This document shows, piece by piece, positions 7,465 through 17,766 of a stretch of 64,000 bases of DNA. Positions within the stretch are counted from its first letter, which is position 1, and each line of letters starts with the position of its first letter. The notes under the pieces are model-generated. The model was not told the DNA's origin and did not search any database. It saw only the letters and a list, made by a program, of their open reading frames with translations. Source of the DNA: an uncultured delta proteobacterium (GTDB taxonomy: Bacteria > Desulfobacterota > BSN033 > UBA1163); assembly GCA_963827685.1 (NCBI GenBank), contig CAWHBU010000002.1, positions 992,001 to 1,056,000 of the forward strand. The letters run 5' to 3'. The position numbers and the translations under genes are program-made.

Positions 7465-9267
7465 ATGACAGAAACGATCGGTTTAGACATTGGTTCTCAT
7501 TCGATTAAGTTGGTCGGTCTTAAGATGACTTCCAAGGGGCCTTTCCTGACCTGTGTGGGAATGAAGGAAATTCCTCCTGACAAGGACAAAGAGGATGTGA
7601 GCGCTCTTTCCGAGATCCTCAAGGCCCTTGTTGCGGAAGTTGGTCTTAAAACGAAAAGGGTGAATCTGACCGTTTCGGGTTCTGGAGTTCAGGTCAAGCG
7701 AATCTCCGTTCCATCTCTCCCCAAAGCCGAATTGAAGGAAGCGGTTCGCTGGGAGATGAAGAAATACCTCCCCTTCCCTATTGAAACAGCCGAAATTGAT
7801 TTCCATATCCTGAATGAATACGTGGAAGATAACGTTAAGAAATTGAAACTGATCGCGGTGGCTTGCCCGAAACACCTCATCGACCGAACTCTCTCCATCG
7901 CCGAGAGGGCTGGACTTCAACCGATTCATCTCGATGTGGCTCCTTTTGCTCTCTGGAATACTCTATCGGTTTGGAATCAGCTTAAAAAGGAAGAAACTGT
8001 TGCTTTGATTGACCTCGGGGCTGAAAAAACAGGCATTTACGTTTTCAAAGATGGGATCTTGCAATTTAGTCGAGAAGTCACTCCTGCCGGAGCCGACATT
8101 ACCAGAGCGATCATGGAGGGAATCGGTCCTGAGGGAGAGCCTGAACGCATCTTTGAACGAGCAGAGGGAATAAAGCAAGAGATGGGAATACCTTCAGAAC
8201 CTTATCAGGAAAGGACAAGCGATACATCGACATCTTTATCGAAGATATCCTTCCTCGTCAGACCTGTGTCGGAGAGACTATCCGCAGAGATAGGGCGGTC
8301 TTTTGACTATTATAAGGCCCAATTTAATGAGGAACGAATTGACAAACTGCTTCTGACCGGTGGAGGCGCCAATTTAAGGAATATTGTCTCCTATCTTGCA
8401 GGTGAACTCCGGCTGCCTATAGAACATTTTAATCCGCTAAGCGATATTCTTTTTGATCCAAGGAGAATTGGCACTCAATTTCTTAATCAGATGGGTTCAC
8501 GCTTCGCCGTTGTGGTGGGCGTAGCAATCTCTGAACCCGAACGAATCGAACTGCTTCCTGCTAAAGAACCATTTTTATCTAAGGTTCAAGTAGTAAAGTC
8601 GATTCCTGTCCTGGCACCTGGAATCGCATTGCTCATCTTTTTAGGAATCGCCTTATATATGAACGCGCATGTGAACGCTATACAAAAAGAGATCAATATG
8701 AAGAAGGCGAAGCTGGCGGACCTGGATGCCCGTCAGGCAAAACTGAAAATGTTAAAGGAAAAAGACATACAACTCAAAGAGAAGCTCTCTCAATTCCCCT
8801 CCTCAATTCTTGTTCCTGTCCCTCACCGAGACATATTGAGAGAGGTCAGTCAAATTGTTCCGGATAATATTACATTGACGCTTCTCTCGGTTCAAAACAA
8901 AGGAAAACCTCTAACAAAAGGAGCTCAACCCCAAAGGCCCCAGGAAGGAGAGTCCCAAAGGGGCGTAGGGAGGGAACTTCATATTACAGGTGTTGCTTTC
9001 GGAAGCGATGCTCGCTGCCTCACAGCGTTGGCCCAGATCATCGAGCGTCTTGAGAGAACACCTTTATTTAATAATGTAAGACTGGTGTCAGCCGATGAAA
9101 ATAAACTATACACTCAACCAGGAGCAGAATTCGGGATCGTCTGCGACATCAATCTGGATAATCCTCCTTCTCCCGTCGTGAATCCCCCCACCCCCCCTTT
9201 TGCAAAGGGGGGAGAAGGGGGGATTACCAAAGGGGGGTTGGGGGGATTAAGAGAGGAAAAACGATAA
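7465..9267 (+). CDS. pilM: PilM-PilN fusion protein
   Basis: IGLDIGSHSIK, IDLGAEKT, LTGGGA actin-like motifs, then TM + PilN-like domain. Confidence 0.88.
   Translation: MTETIGLDIGSHSIKLVGLKMTSKGPFLTCVGMKEIPPDKDKEDVSALSEILKALVAEVGLKTKRVNLTVSGSGVQVKRISVPSLPKAELKEAVRWEMKKYLPFPIETAEIDFHILNEYVEDNVKKLKLIAVACPKHLIDRTLSIAERAGLQPIHLDVAPFALWNTLSVWNQLKKEETVALIDLGAEKTGIYVFKDGILQFSREVTPAGADITRAIMEGIGPEGEPERIFERAEGIKQEMGIPSEPYQERTSDTSTSLSKISFLVRPVSERLSAEIGRSFDYYKAQFNEERIDKLLLTGGGANLRNIVSYLAGELRLPIEHFNPLSDILFDPRRIGTQFLNQMGSRFAVVVGVAISEPERIELLPAKEPFLSKVQVVKSIPVLAPGIALLIFLGIALYMNAHVNAIQKEINMKKAKLADLDARQAKLKMLKEKDIQLKEKLSQFPSSILVPVPHRDILREVSQIVPDNITLTLLSVQNKGKPLTKGAQPQRPQEGESQRGVGRELHITGVAFGSDARCLTALAQIIERLERTPLFNNVRLVSADENKLYTQPGAEFGIVCDINLDNPPSPVVNPPTPPFAKGGEGGITKGGLGGLREEKR
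9160..9248. repeat. Nested C-run/G-run palindromes read in-frame at PilMN C-terminus
   Basis: encodes NPPSPVVNPPTPPFAKGGEGGITKGGLGGL. Confidence 0.8.
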
Positions 9268-9270
9268 ACC

Positions 9271-9876
9271 ATGGTGCTAAAAAGTAGAGAAAAGATATTG
9301 ATTATTTTGGCGGTCATTGCTATTGCTCTTTGGGCCTTCGTCACCTTTTATTACGCTCCACAGAGTCGCAAAATTAAAGCGCTGAAGGCGGAGCTGAAAG
9401 CAGCTGATCTAAAATCGGAGGAATCCCTGCTGGTGACAAAGGGAGTAGAAACGTTAGAGGCTGAAGTCCTCCGCCAGGAGGAAGCGCTAAAGAGGTTAAG
9501 TGAAAGAACCCTGAGAGGTGAAGAATTCAGAGCCTTTTTGAGGCACTTAGCCAAAGAGAGCGACTCTCCTCAGATGAAGGTCGTTTCTCTGGCCCCCCAA
9601 GAAGAAAATCTTCCTCCCCCCGAGGGCAAGAAAGAAGGTTCACCTTCTCAATACCGGAGGGTTTTTGTTCAGATGGTTCTTCTTTCAACCTATGCAAAAC
9701 TGGGGACTTATTTGAAGGGGATTGAGGAACTTCCTTTTCTTATCAATGTGGACAATGTCCAGATGGAAAGGACCGAAGAGGTTCAACCCTTTTTGAAGGT
9801 CAGCATCGGGTTAAGTATGTACATCACAGGCGAATCGGAAGGAGTGAAGGGGTCAAGGGGTCCAGGGGTCCCGTAA
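9271..9876 (+). CDS. pilO: PilO/MshJ-like pilus assembly protein
   Basis: SREK-TM-coiled coil, STYAKLGTYLKGIEELPFLINV; position after pilMN. Confidence 0.8.
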   Translation: MVLKSREKILIILAVIAIALWAFVTFYYAPQSRKIKALKAELKAADLKSEESLLVTKGVETLEAEVLRQEEALKRLSERTLRGEEFRAFLRHLAKESDSPQMKVVSLAPQEENLPPPEGKKEGSPSQYRRVFVQMVLLSTYAKLGTYLKGIEELPFLINVDNVQMERTEEVQPFLKVSIGLSMYITGESEGVKGSRGPGVP

Positions 9877-9880
9877 AAAG

Positions 9881-10330
9881 ATGTTAGGAGGAAATTCAGT
9901 GAACGGACAAAAAATAATCATCTTAGTTCTTATCCTTGCCAATGTTTTTGGCGCGGTCGGGGTCACCTTGATCGATCCGATCATGGTGAGCGGACAAACC
10001 AAAGAGAAGATAATCTTTTCTCAAGAAAGTGGAAGGGATCCATTTCTCCTGCCCCCGGGGGTTCATCTCCTCTCCAAGATCGGAGCGTCTTTAGGAGTGA
10101 AGGAAGGTCCTTCGAGAACGGAACCGGATATGCGAGTCAAGGCCATTTTGATCGGTGATCACATTCGATTGGCATCGATCGGTCGCCATATTGTAACGGT
10201 TGGAGATTCGATTCAGGGTGAAAAGGTTTTAGAAATCAAAACAGACCGGGTTATTTTGGGAAAAGGAGACCAAAAGAGGACCCTTCTTTTGGCTCAGAGT
10301 CCTGTTCTATTAACCGTCGAGGAAAAATAA
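9881..10330 (+). CDS. PilP/MshK-like protein
   Basis: GRDPFLLP motif; VTVGDSIQGEKVLEIKTDRV. Confidence 0.7.
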   Translation: MLGGNSVNGQKIIILVLILANVFGAVGVTLIDPIMVSGQTKEKIIFSQESGRDPFLLPPGVHLLSKIGASLGVKEGPSRTEPDMRVKAILIGDHIRLASIGRHIVTVGDSIQGEKVLEIKTDRVILGKGDQKRTLLLAQSPVLLTVEEK

Positions 10331-10421
10331 CCCCAACCGCGCCGTTGCCAAAGCGGCTATGGCGCGTCGGCGACCTTATCCTCCCCCACAAGCGGGGAGG
10401 GAAGGAGGGGGCTAAAGGAGA

Positions 10422-12152
10422 ATGACAAGGAGAATAGCAATGAAAACGAAAACGGGCTTTATATCCTTTCTAATTCCATTATTGATTTTGGGGTGCGCCT
10501 CTCTCCCGAATAAGGAGCGAGCCAAGTTACCTTCCCAAAAGGTGGAGGCCGTCAAACCTCAACCTCCTCCTGAAGAAAAATTAAAGGAACTGGTGATTCC
10601 CCAAATGGAGGAGGCGAAAAAAGTACCCGACAAACTCTTCTCCATCTACGCCAGAGATTCGAGTATCCAGGATGTTCTTCTGGCCTTCTCAAAGGAGAGC
10701 GAACTCAACATTGTTATCGATCCTGAAATGAATGGCAAAGTGACCATTGATCTAAAGCGCGTAACCCTAAAAGAAGCTCTGGATACCCTTCTCTCTCGAA
10801 TGGGTTGGACTTATCGAATCGACGGAAAATTTATCAAAGTATCAAGACCTCAGATGGAGACCCGTTTCTTCACACTGAATTATATCGCCACCAAACGGAG
10901 CGGAAAAAGGGAGGTCTATGCTACCACCAGCACAACGCAAGGCCAACAAACTATTACGAGCACTGGCATTTCAGGAATTTCAGGCACTCCGGATCAGCAG
11001 ACTACCTTCAATCCGGCGGGAGGGACAAGAACCGGGTATACCGGCCTCCTCAGTGAGGATGACGTGGATTTGTGGAAGGAAATTCAAAAAGGATTAGAGG
11101 CTCTCGTTTTTGGATCCGTTGAAGAGAAGGGAAAAGAGGAGGCTTCTTCCGGGAAAGAAAAAGTGACCTGGACCAGAGTGGACGAAAAAGGGAAGAGGTT
11201 GGTGATCAACAAATCGACAGGGGTGATCATGGTTACCGATTACCCTGTCAATTTGAATAAGGTCGCCTCCTACATTGAGACTGTAGAGGCAAGTTCCCAG
11301 AGACAGGTTAGCATCCAGGCAAAGATCATGGAAGTCATCCTCTCCGATGACCACAAGGAGGGGATTAACTGGCAGGTGATCGAAGGACTTCCCCGCTCCG
11401 TTAACGTCGCTTGGGGGCTCACCGATAAAACCAAGACGAAAGGATATCCGGGGAGCACCTCAGGTTATCTGGGCGGAGCTTCTACAACAGGGGGAACTTC
11501 GACTTCAACATCAACCGTCGACATTCCGGGTGTCTTTAAAATCGCACCTTACGGAGGCATTTTTCAACTTGGTGCGGCAGGGACAGAGGTGGCCCTTTCA
11601 GATATCATGCAGGCGATCGCACTGCAGGGGGATGTGAAGATCCTCTCCAGTCCAACTATCTCCACCCTCAATAATCAGAAAGCGATTATCCGAGTTGGAA
11701 ATCAGGGTGTCTTCTTTATTACCGGGGCGGTGGCTACACAAACGACTGTGACCCAGTTCATTCAACCCATGACCATTGATATTGGGATCATCCTGGATGT
11801 GACTCCCCAAATTGCTGAAGATGGCACCATCATCATGAACATTCATCCCAGTATCACCGACCAGACCGGGAGTGTGACGGCACCCGATGGAAAGTCAACT
11901 TTTCCCCTCCTGAGCGTCAGGGAGACCGATACAACAGTGAGGGTCAGAGACGGCCAGACGATTATCATTGCTGGCCTAATGCAGGAGAAGACTCAGGAGA
12001 ATTATACCGGTATGCCTGTCTTACAGTCCATTCCTCTCCTGGGGGGTCTGTTCCGATACAAGAGTGGAACGAAGACAAATTCAGAACTGGTGATCATGAT
12101 CACCCCCACACTTCAAGTGGGTAAAAAGGTGGAAGACTTTACGAATAAATAA
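10422..12152 (+). CDS. mshL: Secretin, MshL type (lipoprotein)
   Basis: LILGC lipobox, METRFFTLNY, QRQVSIQAKIMEV, ILSSPTISTLNNQKA, IPLLGGLF. Confidence 0.9.
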   Translation: MTRRIAMKTKTGFISFLIPLLILGCASLPNKERAKLPSQKVEAVKPQPPPEEKLKELVIPQMEEAKKVPDKLFSIYARDSSIQDVLLAFSKESELNIVIDPEMNGKVTIDLKRVTLKEALDTLLSRMGWTYRIDGKFIKVSRPQMETRFFTLNYIATKRSGKREVYATTSTTQGQQTITSTGISGISGTPDQQTTFNPAGGTRTGYTGLLSEDDVDLWKEIQKGLEALVFGSVEEKGKEEASSGKEKVTWTRVDEKGKRLVINKSTGVIMVTDYPVNLNKVASYIETVEASSQRQVSIQAKIMEVILSDDHKEGINWQVIEGLPRSVNVAWGLTDKTKTKGYPGSTSGYLGGASTTGGTSTSTSTVDIPGVFKIAPYGGIFQLGAAGTEVALSDIMQAIALQGDVKILSSPTISTLNNQKAIIRVGNQGVFFITGAVATQTTVTQFIQPMTIDIGIILDVTPQIAEDGTIIMNIHPSITDQTGSVTAPDGKSTFPLLSVRETDTTVRVRDGQTIIIAGLMQEKTQENYTGMPVLQSIPLLGGLFRYKSGTKTNSELVIMITPTLQVGKKVEDFTNK

Positions 12153-12168
12153 TCTGCAGGAGAAAGAA

Positions 12169-12191
12169 GTAGCTCAGCCCTTCAGGGCTGA
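12169..12191. repeat. REP-like GTAG-headed palindrome
   Basis: gtagctcagcccttcagggctga. Confidence 0.6.
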
Positions 12192-12232
12192 AAACCAGGG
12201 CCAACGCCCTGAATGACATTCAAGAGGGAGCC

Positions 12233-13345
12233 ATGTATCAAGAATTTTATAGCCTAAGGGAAAAACCATTTGTCTTAACCCCTGACCCTCAATTTCTCTT
12301 CTTAAGCGAGAGCCATCGGACGGCGATCGAATCTCTTCTTTATGGGATTCAGCAGAAGGAAGGTTTTATGGTCATTACCGGAGATATCGGAACCGGGAAG
12401 ACGACCATCTGCCGGGCCTTTTTGGAGAGATTGGACAAGAATGTGAAGACCGCCGTGATCTTCAATTCCTTTCTCACCGAAGAAGAATTGTTAGAATCGA
12501 TCCTCCTCGATTTCGGATTCTCCTCAAAGGGAAGAACAAAGAAAGAGCGGATCGATGGATTGAACAAATTACTCATCTACTTCTTGTCTCATGGAAAGAA
12601 TGCTGTCCTGATCATCGACGAGGCCCAGAATTTATCCACTCCTGTTCTGGAACAGATTCGCATGCTCTCCAATTTAGAGACGGAAAAGGAGAAATTACTT
12701 CAGATCATATTATTTGGCCAATTAGAGCTGGACCAAAAACTCCGATCCGCCGAATTGAAACAATTGAACCAACGGATTGCCGTCCGGCATCATCTCCTGC
12801 CCCTCACCCAAACGGAAACGGAGTCTTATATCTACCAACGTCTAATGGTGGCGGGTTCCCAGGGAAGCATCACCTTCTCAAAATCAGGTCTCCACGACAT
12901 CTATAAATTTTCAAAAGGAGCCCCCAGGCTGATCAATCTTCTCTGCGATCGAGCCTTGCTGGGCGGATTCATCGAACAAACTCGCTATATCGACAGGGGA
13001 ATCATCAAACTGGCGAAGGATAGCCTTTTGGGAGAGGAGGAATGCCCAAAACCATTTTATTCTTTTGCCTTACCCAAAAGCATAGCCTCATTGCGTATCC
13101 CCTTCCTGACCATTTTCATTTTCCTACTGGCGGGGATGATCCTATCGAGCCGAGGCCATTTCTCTTCGCCCCAAAATGCCAAAACCTTTATTCGAGGAAG
13201 AATTCAAAACATCTATTCTCAGATTCCTGGTACGACTCCCCCCTCCGTTGCGGCCCTTCTCTTGGATAAACGCGAAGCCGATAATGCTTCGAAGAGTGAA
13301 TTAACAAGAAATGCAGAAGGCGCATCCCAGGAGGTTTCAAAATGA
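12233..13345 (+). CDS. ExeA/MshM-like AAA ATPase
   Basis: MYQEFYSLREKPF..TPDP, GDIGTGKT, IIDEAQNL, GAPRLINLLCDRALL. Confidence 0.9.
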   Translation: MYQEFYSLREKPFVLTPDPQFLFLSESHRTAIESLLYGIQQKEGFMVITGDIGTGKTTICRAFLERLDKNVKTAVIFNSFLTEEELLESILLDFGFSSKGRTKKERIDGLNKLLIYFLSHGKNAVLIIDEAQNLSTPVLEQIRMLSNLETEKEKLLQIILFGQLELDQKLRSAELKQLNQRIAVRHHLLPLTQTETESYIYQRLMVAGSQGSITFSKSGLHDIYKFSKGAPRLINLLCDRALLGGFIEQTRYIDRGIIKLAKDSLLGEEECPKPFYSFALPKSIASLRIPFLTIFIFLLAGMILSSRGHFSSPQNAKTFIRGRIQNIYSQIPGTTPPSVAALLLDKREADNASKSELTRNAEGASQEVSK

Positions 13346-14514
13346 GCCTAATCATCGATGCCCTCAAAAAGGCGCAACAGCTTCGATTGAACGGGTCCGA
13401 AGGGTCTCCCCTTTTAAAGGGTCCATACCCAAACAAGAAAAGGAGAGGAAGCTTTAAAAAACAATGGATTCTTATCGGCGCTGGTCTCATCAGCCTCAGT
13501 CTCCTTTTATTCGTTTTTTTGAAACCCGCTTCTTCACCCTCAGCCACCCAAACCAATCGAGCTGTTGTTCCCATGGAAAGGAAACCTTCCGTCTCTGTGG
13601 CAGAGAAGACATCTTCAGAACCTCCAAAGGAAGTGGCGAGTCTGCCGAAGCGCGAGGAGCCCTTGCCTATTGACCAGACCCTGAACCGCGCTGGTTCAGG
13701 GCAGGTAGGCACTCAGGGGCCTTCCAACGTTGGGGCGGCCCTCAGCGACCGCCCCTCTCACCTACAGGGAGAAAAGAAATCCCCTGACACCAAGACGCTT
13801 CTTAAAGAAAAGAAGGAAAAATCTCTGTCAAAACAGGTGCCTCCTCCTCTTCCTCCGGCGACTCAGAAAGAAGAGGCTACTCCCAAGTCTATCGGAGTGG
13901 AGCAGGAGGGAGGAAAGGATCGCGCATTGGTTTCGGAGGTCCTCTACCATTTCAATTCGGGGGTCACTTTCTATAATCAGAAAGATTTTTCAAAGGCGAT
14001 CCAAGCGTACCAGAAAGTCATTGAGCTTGATCCGACGTATGTAGAGGCCTATAACAATCTGGGAATCATCTATCAAATGGTGGGGGATGTGGACAGGGCC
14101 CTTGGAGCTTATCAGAAGTCAACGGAGATCAACCCAAGGTATGAGAAAGGATATAATAATCTTGGAATCCTCCTTCTACTCAGAGGCCGTTACGAAGAGG
14201 CGTCGGAGGCTTTCCAAAAAGCCCTGGCCATCAATTCCAATAACATCGAAAGTCATATCCACCTCGGGATCCTTTTTAAGAAAAAGGGCCAGTGGCAGGA
14301 GGCGATCGACTCTTATCAGAAGGCTCTTGCCATCGATCCACTTCACAAGGAAACCCACTACAATATTGCCCTGCTCTACGAACAATTAGAAAACTTTGAA
14401 TTGGCCATCGGCCACTATCAACAGTTTATCCAGCTCTCCTCAAAGTCCCATCCGGAATTGGTCACGAGGGTGCAACGGCATTTAAATGGTCTAATGAAGG
14501 CCAAAAATAAGTAG
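13342..14514 (+). CDS. MshN-like TPR protein
   Basis: MSLIIDALKKAQ start, TM, Pro-rich linker, several TPRs (AYNNLG). Confidence 0.88.
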   Translation: MSLIIDALKKAQQLRLNGSEGSPLLKGPYPNKKRRGSFKKQWILIGAGLISLSLLLFVFLKPASSPSATQTNRAVVPMERKPSVSVAEKTSSEPPKEVASLPKREEPLPIDQTLNRAGSGQVGTQGPSNVGAALSDRPSHLQGEKKSPDTKTLLKEKKEKSLSKQVPPPLPPATQKEEATPKSIGVEQEGGKDRALVSEVLYHFNSGVTFYNQKDFSKAIQAYQKVIELDPTYVEAYNNLGIIYQMVGDVDRALGAYQKSTEINPRYEKGYNNLGILLLLRGRYEEASEAFQKALAINSNNIESHIHLGILFKKKGQWQEAIDSYQKALAIDPLHKETHYNIALLYEQLENFELAIGHYQQFIQLSSKSHPELVTRVQRHLNGLMKAKNK

Positions 14515-14571
14515 CGCCCTCATTGATTGAGGGCGAAAAGGAATTACGTCGGCAATTAATGCCGACGCTAC
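14511..14571. repeat. BIME-like pair of REP palindromes (GTAG...CTAC)
   Basis: gtagcgccctcattgattgagggcg...cgtcggcaattaatgccgacgctac; near-identical copy 43500-43563. Confidence 0.85.
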
Positions 14572-14606
14572 CATGGTGATTGGTCGTTGATATTCGGAGG
14601 TATCAT

Positions 14607-16334
14607 ATGGTCGAAGAGAAAAAAAGTTTTGGAGATTTTCTGGTGGGACTGGGGGTCCTCAGCGCCGATCAAATCAAAAAGACCCTCCAGGAACAGAAAC
14701 AGAGAGGGGAGCGTTTGGAACAGACGATTGTCCGGCTGGGTTACGCCAAAGAAGAACTGATCCTCCAGTGCCTGGCCGATTACTTTAATCTCCCCTATGT
14801 CGATCTGGACACCTATCTGATTGATGAAAAAATCGTAAAGACGATCCCGGAAGAAACGGCGCGGCGCCATACATTAATCCCCATATTCAAAATTGGAAAC
14901 GCCTTGACAATCGCCATGACCAATCCCCTCAATCTCCTTGCATTGGATGAGGTGCGAAACAAGGTGAAGACCGATGTGGAGATAGCCATCGGTACCGAAA
15001 AGAAGATTAAAAAGGCGATTGAACAACACTACGGAGCCGTAGCGACGGCCTTTGAAAGTACCCTCCAGCAAATGACAGAGGGCAACGCGGGCGGGCTGTC
15101 CCAGGAACCTGCCGATTACAGAAAGACCTATGACCTCGTTGTCAAAAACCTTCCCACCGGCCCAATGGAAGATGCCTCCGCTGCCCGCATGCTCGATTTG
15201 GTCATGATTCAAGCCATCCGAGATCGTGCCAGCGATATTCACTTCGAACCCGATGAAAAGACTCTGGGGGTCCGGTTCCGAATTGATGGTTTTTTATATG
15301 AAACCATCACACTTCCTAAGCAAATCCAGCCCGCCGTCACCTCAAGAATTAAGATCCTGGCTGAAATGGATATTGCGGAGACCAGGCTTCCTCAAGATGG
15401 AAACTTCAATGTCAAACTTGAGAGGCGGGGATTTGAAATCAGGGTTTCCACTTTTCCCACGATCCACGGTGAAAATGTGGTGCTCCGAATTCTTGACCAA
15501 ACCAGTCCTCTCTTCAAGTTAGAGGAATTGGGATTCTCTGAAGAGACGCTAAACCAATTCAAACAATTAGTTCGAAAAACAAATGGGATCATTCTGGTCA
15601 CGGGGCCCACGGGAAGTGGAAAAACGACCACCCTCTATGCCCTTCTCAATATGATTAATTCAACGGATAAAAATATTATCACCATTGAGGACCCTGTGGA
15701 GTATCGGTTGGCTTTGATCAGACAGACACAGATCAATCCCAAAGCAGGAATTACCTTTGCTACAGGGTTGAGGTCTATTCTGCGTCAAGACCCTGACATC
15801 ATTATGATCGGAGAGATCAGGGATTTGGAAACCTCAGAAATTGCCATGCAGGCAGCCCTGACAGGCCACCTGGTATTAAGCACGTTACATACGAACGACG
15901 CCCCAGAGGCTATTTCTCGACTGATGGATATCGGCGTGGAACCCTATCTCATCTCTTCATGTGTCATCGGAGTCTTGGCCCAACGATTGGTTCGCACCAC
16001 CTGCCCGGATTGCAAAGTCTCTTATCAGGTGGACCCGAAGAATATGGGTGATCTCGGTGAGGATGTTACAAGGTTAAAAGAACCCTTAACGCTTTATCGA
16101 GGAAAGGGCTGCAAAAATTGTAAGCAATCCGGATACCGGGGAAGGTCTGGAATCTATGAACTCCTCTTGGTCAATGAGGAGGTCAAAAAACTCATTTCCG
16201 AAAGAGCCTCAACCCAGGTGATTCGAGAGGTAGCAAAGAAAACGGCAGGGATGGTTCCTTTGAGGGGGGACGGTCTGAGAAAGGTTTTAAAAGGAATCAC
16301 CACCATTGAAGAGGTAGATCGGGTAGCCTATTAA
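14607..16334 (+). CDS. pilB: PilB/MshE/GspE extension ATPase
   Basis: ASDIHFEP, GPTGSGKT, TIEDPVE, LRQDPD, LTGHLVLSTLHTN, CxxC..CxxC. Confidence 0.93.
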   Translation: MVEEKKSFGDFLVGLGVLSADQIKKTLQEQKQRGERLEQTIVRLGYAKEELILQCLADYFNLPYVDLDTYLIDEKIVKTIPEETARRHTLIPIFKIGNALTIAMTNPLNLLALDEVRNKVKTDVEIAIGTEKKIKKAIEQHYGAVATAFESTLQQMTEGNAGGLSQEPADYRKTYDLVVKNLPTGPMEDASAARMLDLVMIQAIRDRASDIHFEPDEKTLGVRFRIDGFLYETITLPKQIQPAVTSRIKILAEMDIAETRLPQDGNFNVKLERRGFEIRVSTFPTIHGENVVLRILDQTSPLFKLEELGFSEETLNQFKQLVRKTNGIILVTGPTGSGKTTTLYALLNMINSTDKNIITIEDPVEYRLALIRQTQINPKAGITFATGLRSILRQDPDIIMIGEIRDLETSEIAMQAALTGHLVLSTLHTNDAPEAISRLMDIGVEPYLISSCVIGVLAQRLVRTTCPDCKVSYQVDPKNMGDLGEDVTRLKEPLTLYRGKGCKNCKQSGYRGRSGIYELLLVNEEVKKLISERASTQVIREVAKKTAGMVPLRGDGLRKVLKGITTIEEVDRVAY

Positions 16335-16365
16335 ACCAAGCCATTGTCTTTAGGCAAATAATATT

Positions 16366-17052
16366 TTATTTGAATAAGTTATACTTGATAATCCAGTAAA
16401 GGGCTGCCAGTCCATCCTTCCAACTAATTTTTTTACCCTCGCTATAATCCCGCCCCCAGTAGGAGATAGGGACTTCATAAATGCGGCAGCCCATTTTAGC
16501 AATCTTGGCGGTAATTTCTGGTTCAAAGCCAAAGCGGTTACTTTTGATTTCTACTTTCTTAAGTATTTCGGATCGAAAAACCTTATAACCCGTCTCCATA
16601 TCAGAGAGATTTAAATCGGTGAGAATATTCGATAAGATGGTGATGATCCGGTTTCCTAAGGCATGCCAGAAAAAAAGAACCCGATGGGGTCCTCCCAAAA
16701 ATCGGGAGCCATAGACAACATCAGCCTTTCCCTCAAGGAGAGGGGTGAGCAGCCGAGGGTATTCAGAGGGATTATACTCTAAATCAGCGTCCTGAATAAT
16801 CACAAAATCTCCGGTGATCCGAGTAATGGCTGTGCGAATGGAAGCTCCCTTCCCCTGATTAAATTTATGGGAAAGCACAATAATCCCATCTCCCTCGATT
16901 TTTTTAAGGACCTCAAAGGTCCCATCGGTAGAACAATCATCCACAACGATGATCTCTTTATCATAAGGAGTTTCCTGAACCCTTTTAACCACCTCAAGGA
17001 TGGTACCCGCCTCATTATAGACCGGAATGATGATTGAGACCTTCATATTCAT
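16366..17052 (-). CDS. GT2 polyprenol-phosphate glycosyltransferase (DPM1-like)
   Basis: IIIPVYNE, VDDCSTDGT, IQDADLEY, DMETGYKVF, FGFEPEIT. Confidence 0.92.
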   Translation of the reverse strand: MNMKVSIIIPVYNEAGTILEVVKRVQETPYDKEIIVVDDCSTDGTFEVLKKIEGDGIIVLSHKFNQGKGASIRTAITRITGDFVIIQDADLEYNPSEYPRLLTPLLEGKADVVYGSRFLGGPHRVLFFWHALGNRIITILSNILTDLNLSDMETGYKVFRSEILKKVEIKSNRFGFEPEITAKIAKMGCRIYEVPISYWGRDYSEGKKISWKDGLAALYWIIKYNLFK

Positions 17053-17058
17053 TTTCTT

Positions 17059-17766
17059 CTAACCTTTCTCTCCGACGACAATGAGGGATTGTCCCACCAG
17101 GGTGGGAATAATTCTTTCCATCAAGATAAAGAGAGGGACCAGTTTGTTAAATATCCCGATTTGCCTTGCTGGCAAAAGGCGCCTTCTCAAGAGGGTCCCA
17201 TTGACAAACCATCCCAATATACCAAAAAAATTGAAATATTTTGAGGAACAGATCCTGAAACCATTCCGCGTGAGCTTTTGGGCCAGTTCTGATCTACTGT
17301 ATCGCCGAAAGTGGCCGAGTTCCTTATCCAGAAGATTGTAAAGAACCTTTAAGGCAGGGGCCAATAGAATGAGTCTTCCCCCTTCGGGGAGTAACTGAAA
17401 AAACTTCTTTAATACAGTATCATCTTTCTCTATATGTTCAAGAACATTGGAGCAGAGGATGGTATCGATTGGTATACTAAAATTCTTGGGAGGGTCCTGC
17501 TCAATATCCCAGAGAAGAACCCCCTTCAGATTAGGATTGTGTCGAAATTTGTTTTCAACCGTTTGAAGGTAGCCTTCATTCACATCGGCTGCAATCACCC
17601 TCCCCTGACTCAACAGCAATTCCGTCAAATTACCAATTCCACACCCCATTTCAAGGATATCTTCGCCTAAGTAGGGCCTGATTTTCTCGAAGATCCATTG
17701 ATGATAGGCGTCAGCCCCTTCCAAGATGAACAAGGTTAATGTATTCGTTTTTTCGGTATTTTTCAT
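17059..17766 (-). CDS. Class I SAM-dependent methyltransferase
   Basis: LEMGCGIGN, NVLEHIEKD, GHFRRY. Confidence 0.88.
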   Translation of the reverse strand: MKNTEKTNTLTLFILEGADAYHQWIFEKIRPYLGEDILEMGCGIGNLTELLLSQGRVIAADVNEGYLQTVENKFRHNPNLKGVLLWDIEQDPPKNFSIPIDTILCSNVLEHIEKDDTVLKKFFQLLPEGGRLILLAPALKVLYNLLDKELGHFRRYSRSELAQKLTRNGFRICSSKYFNFFGILGWFVNGTLLRRRLLPARQIGIFNKLVPLFILMERIIPTLVGQSLIVVGEKG

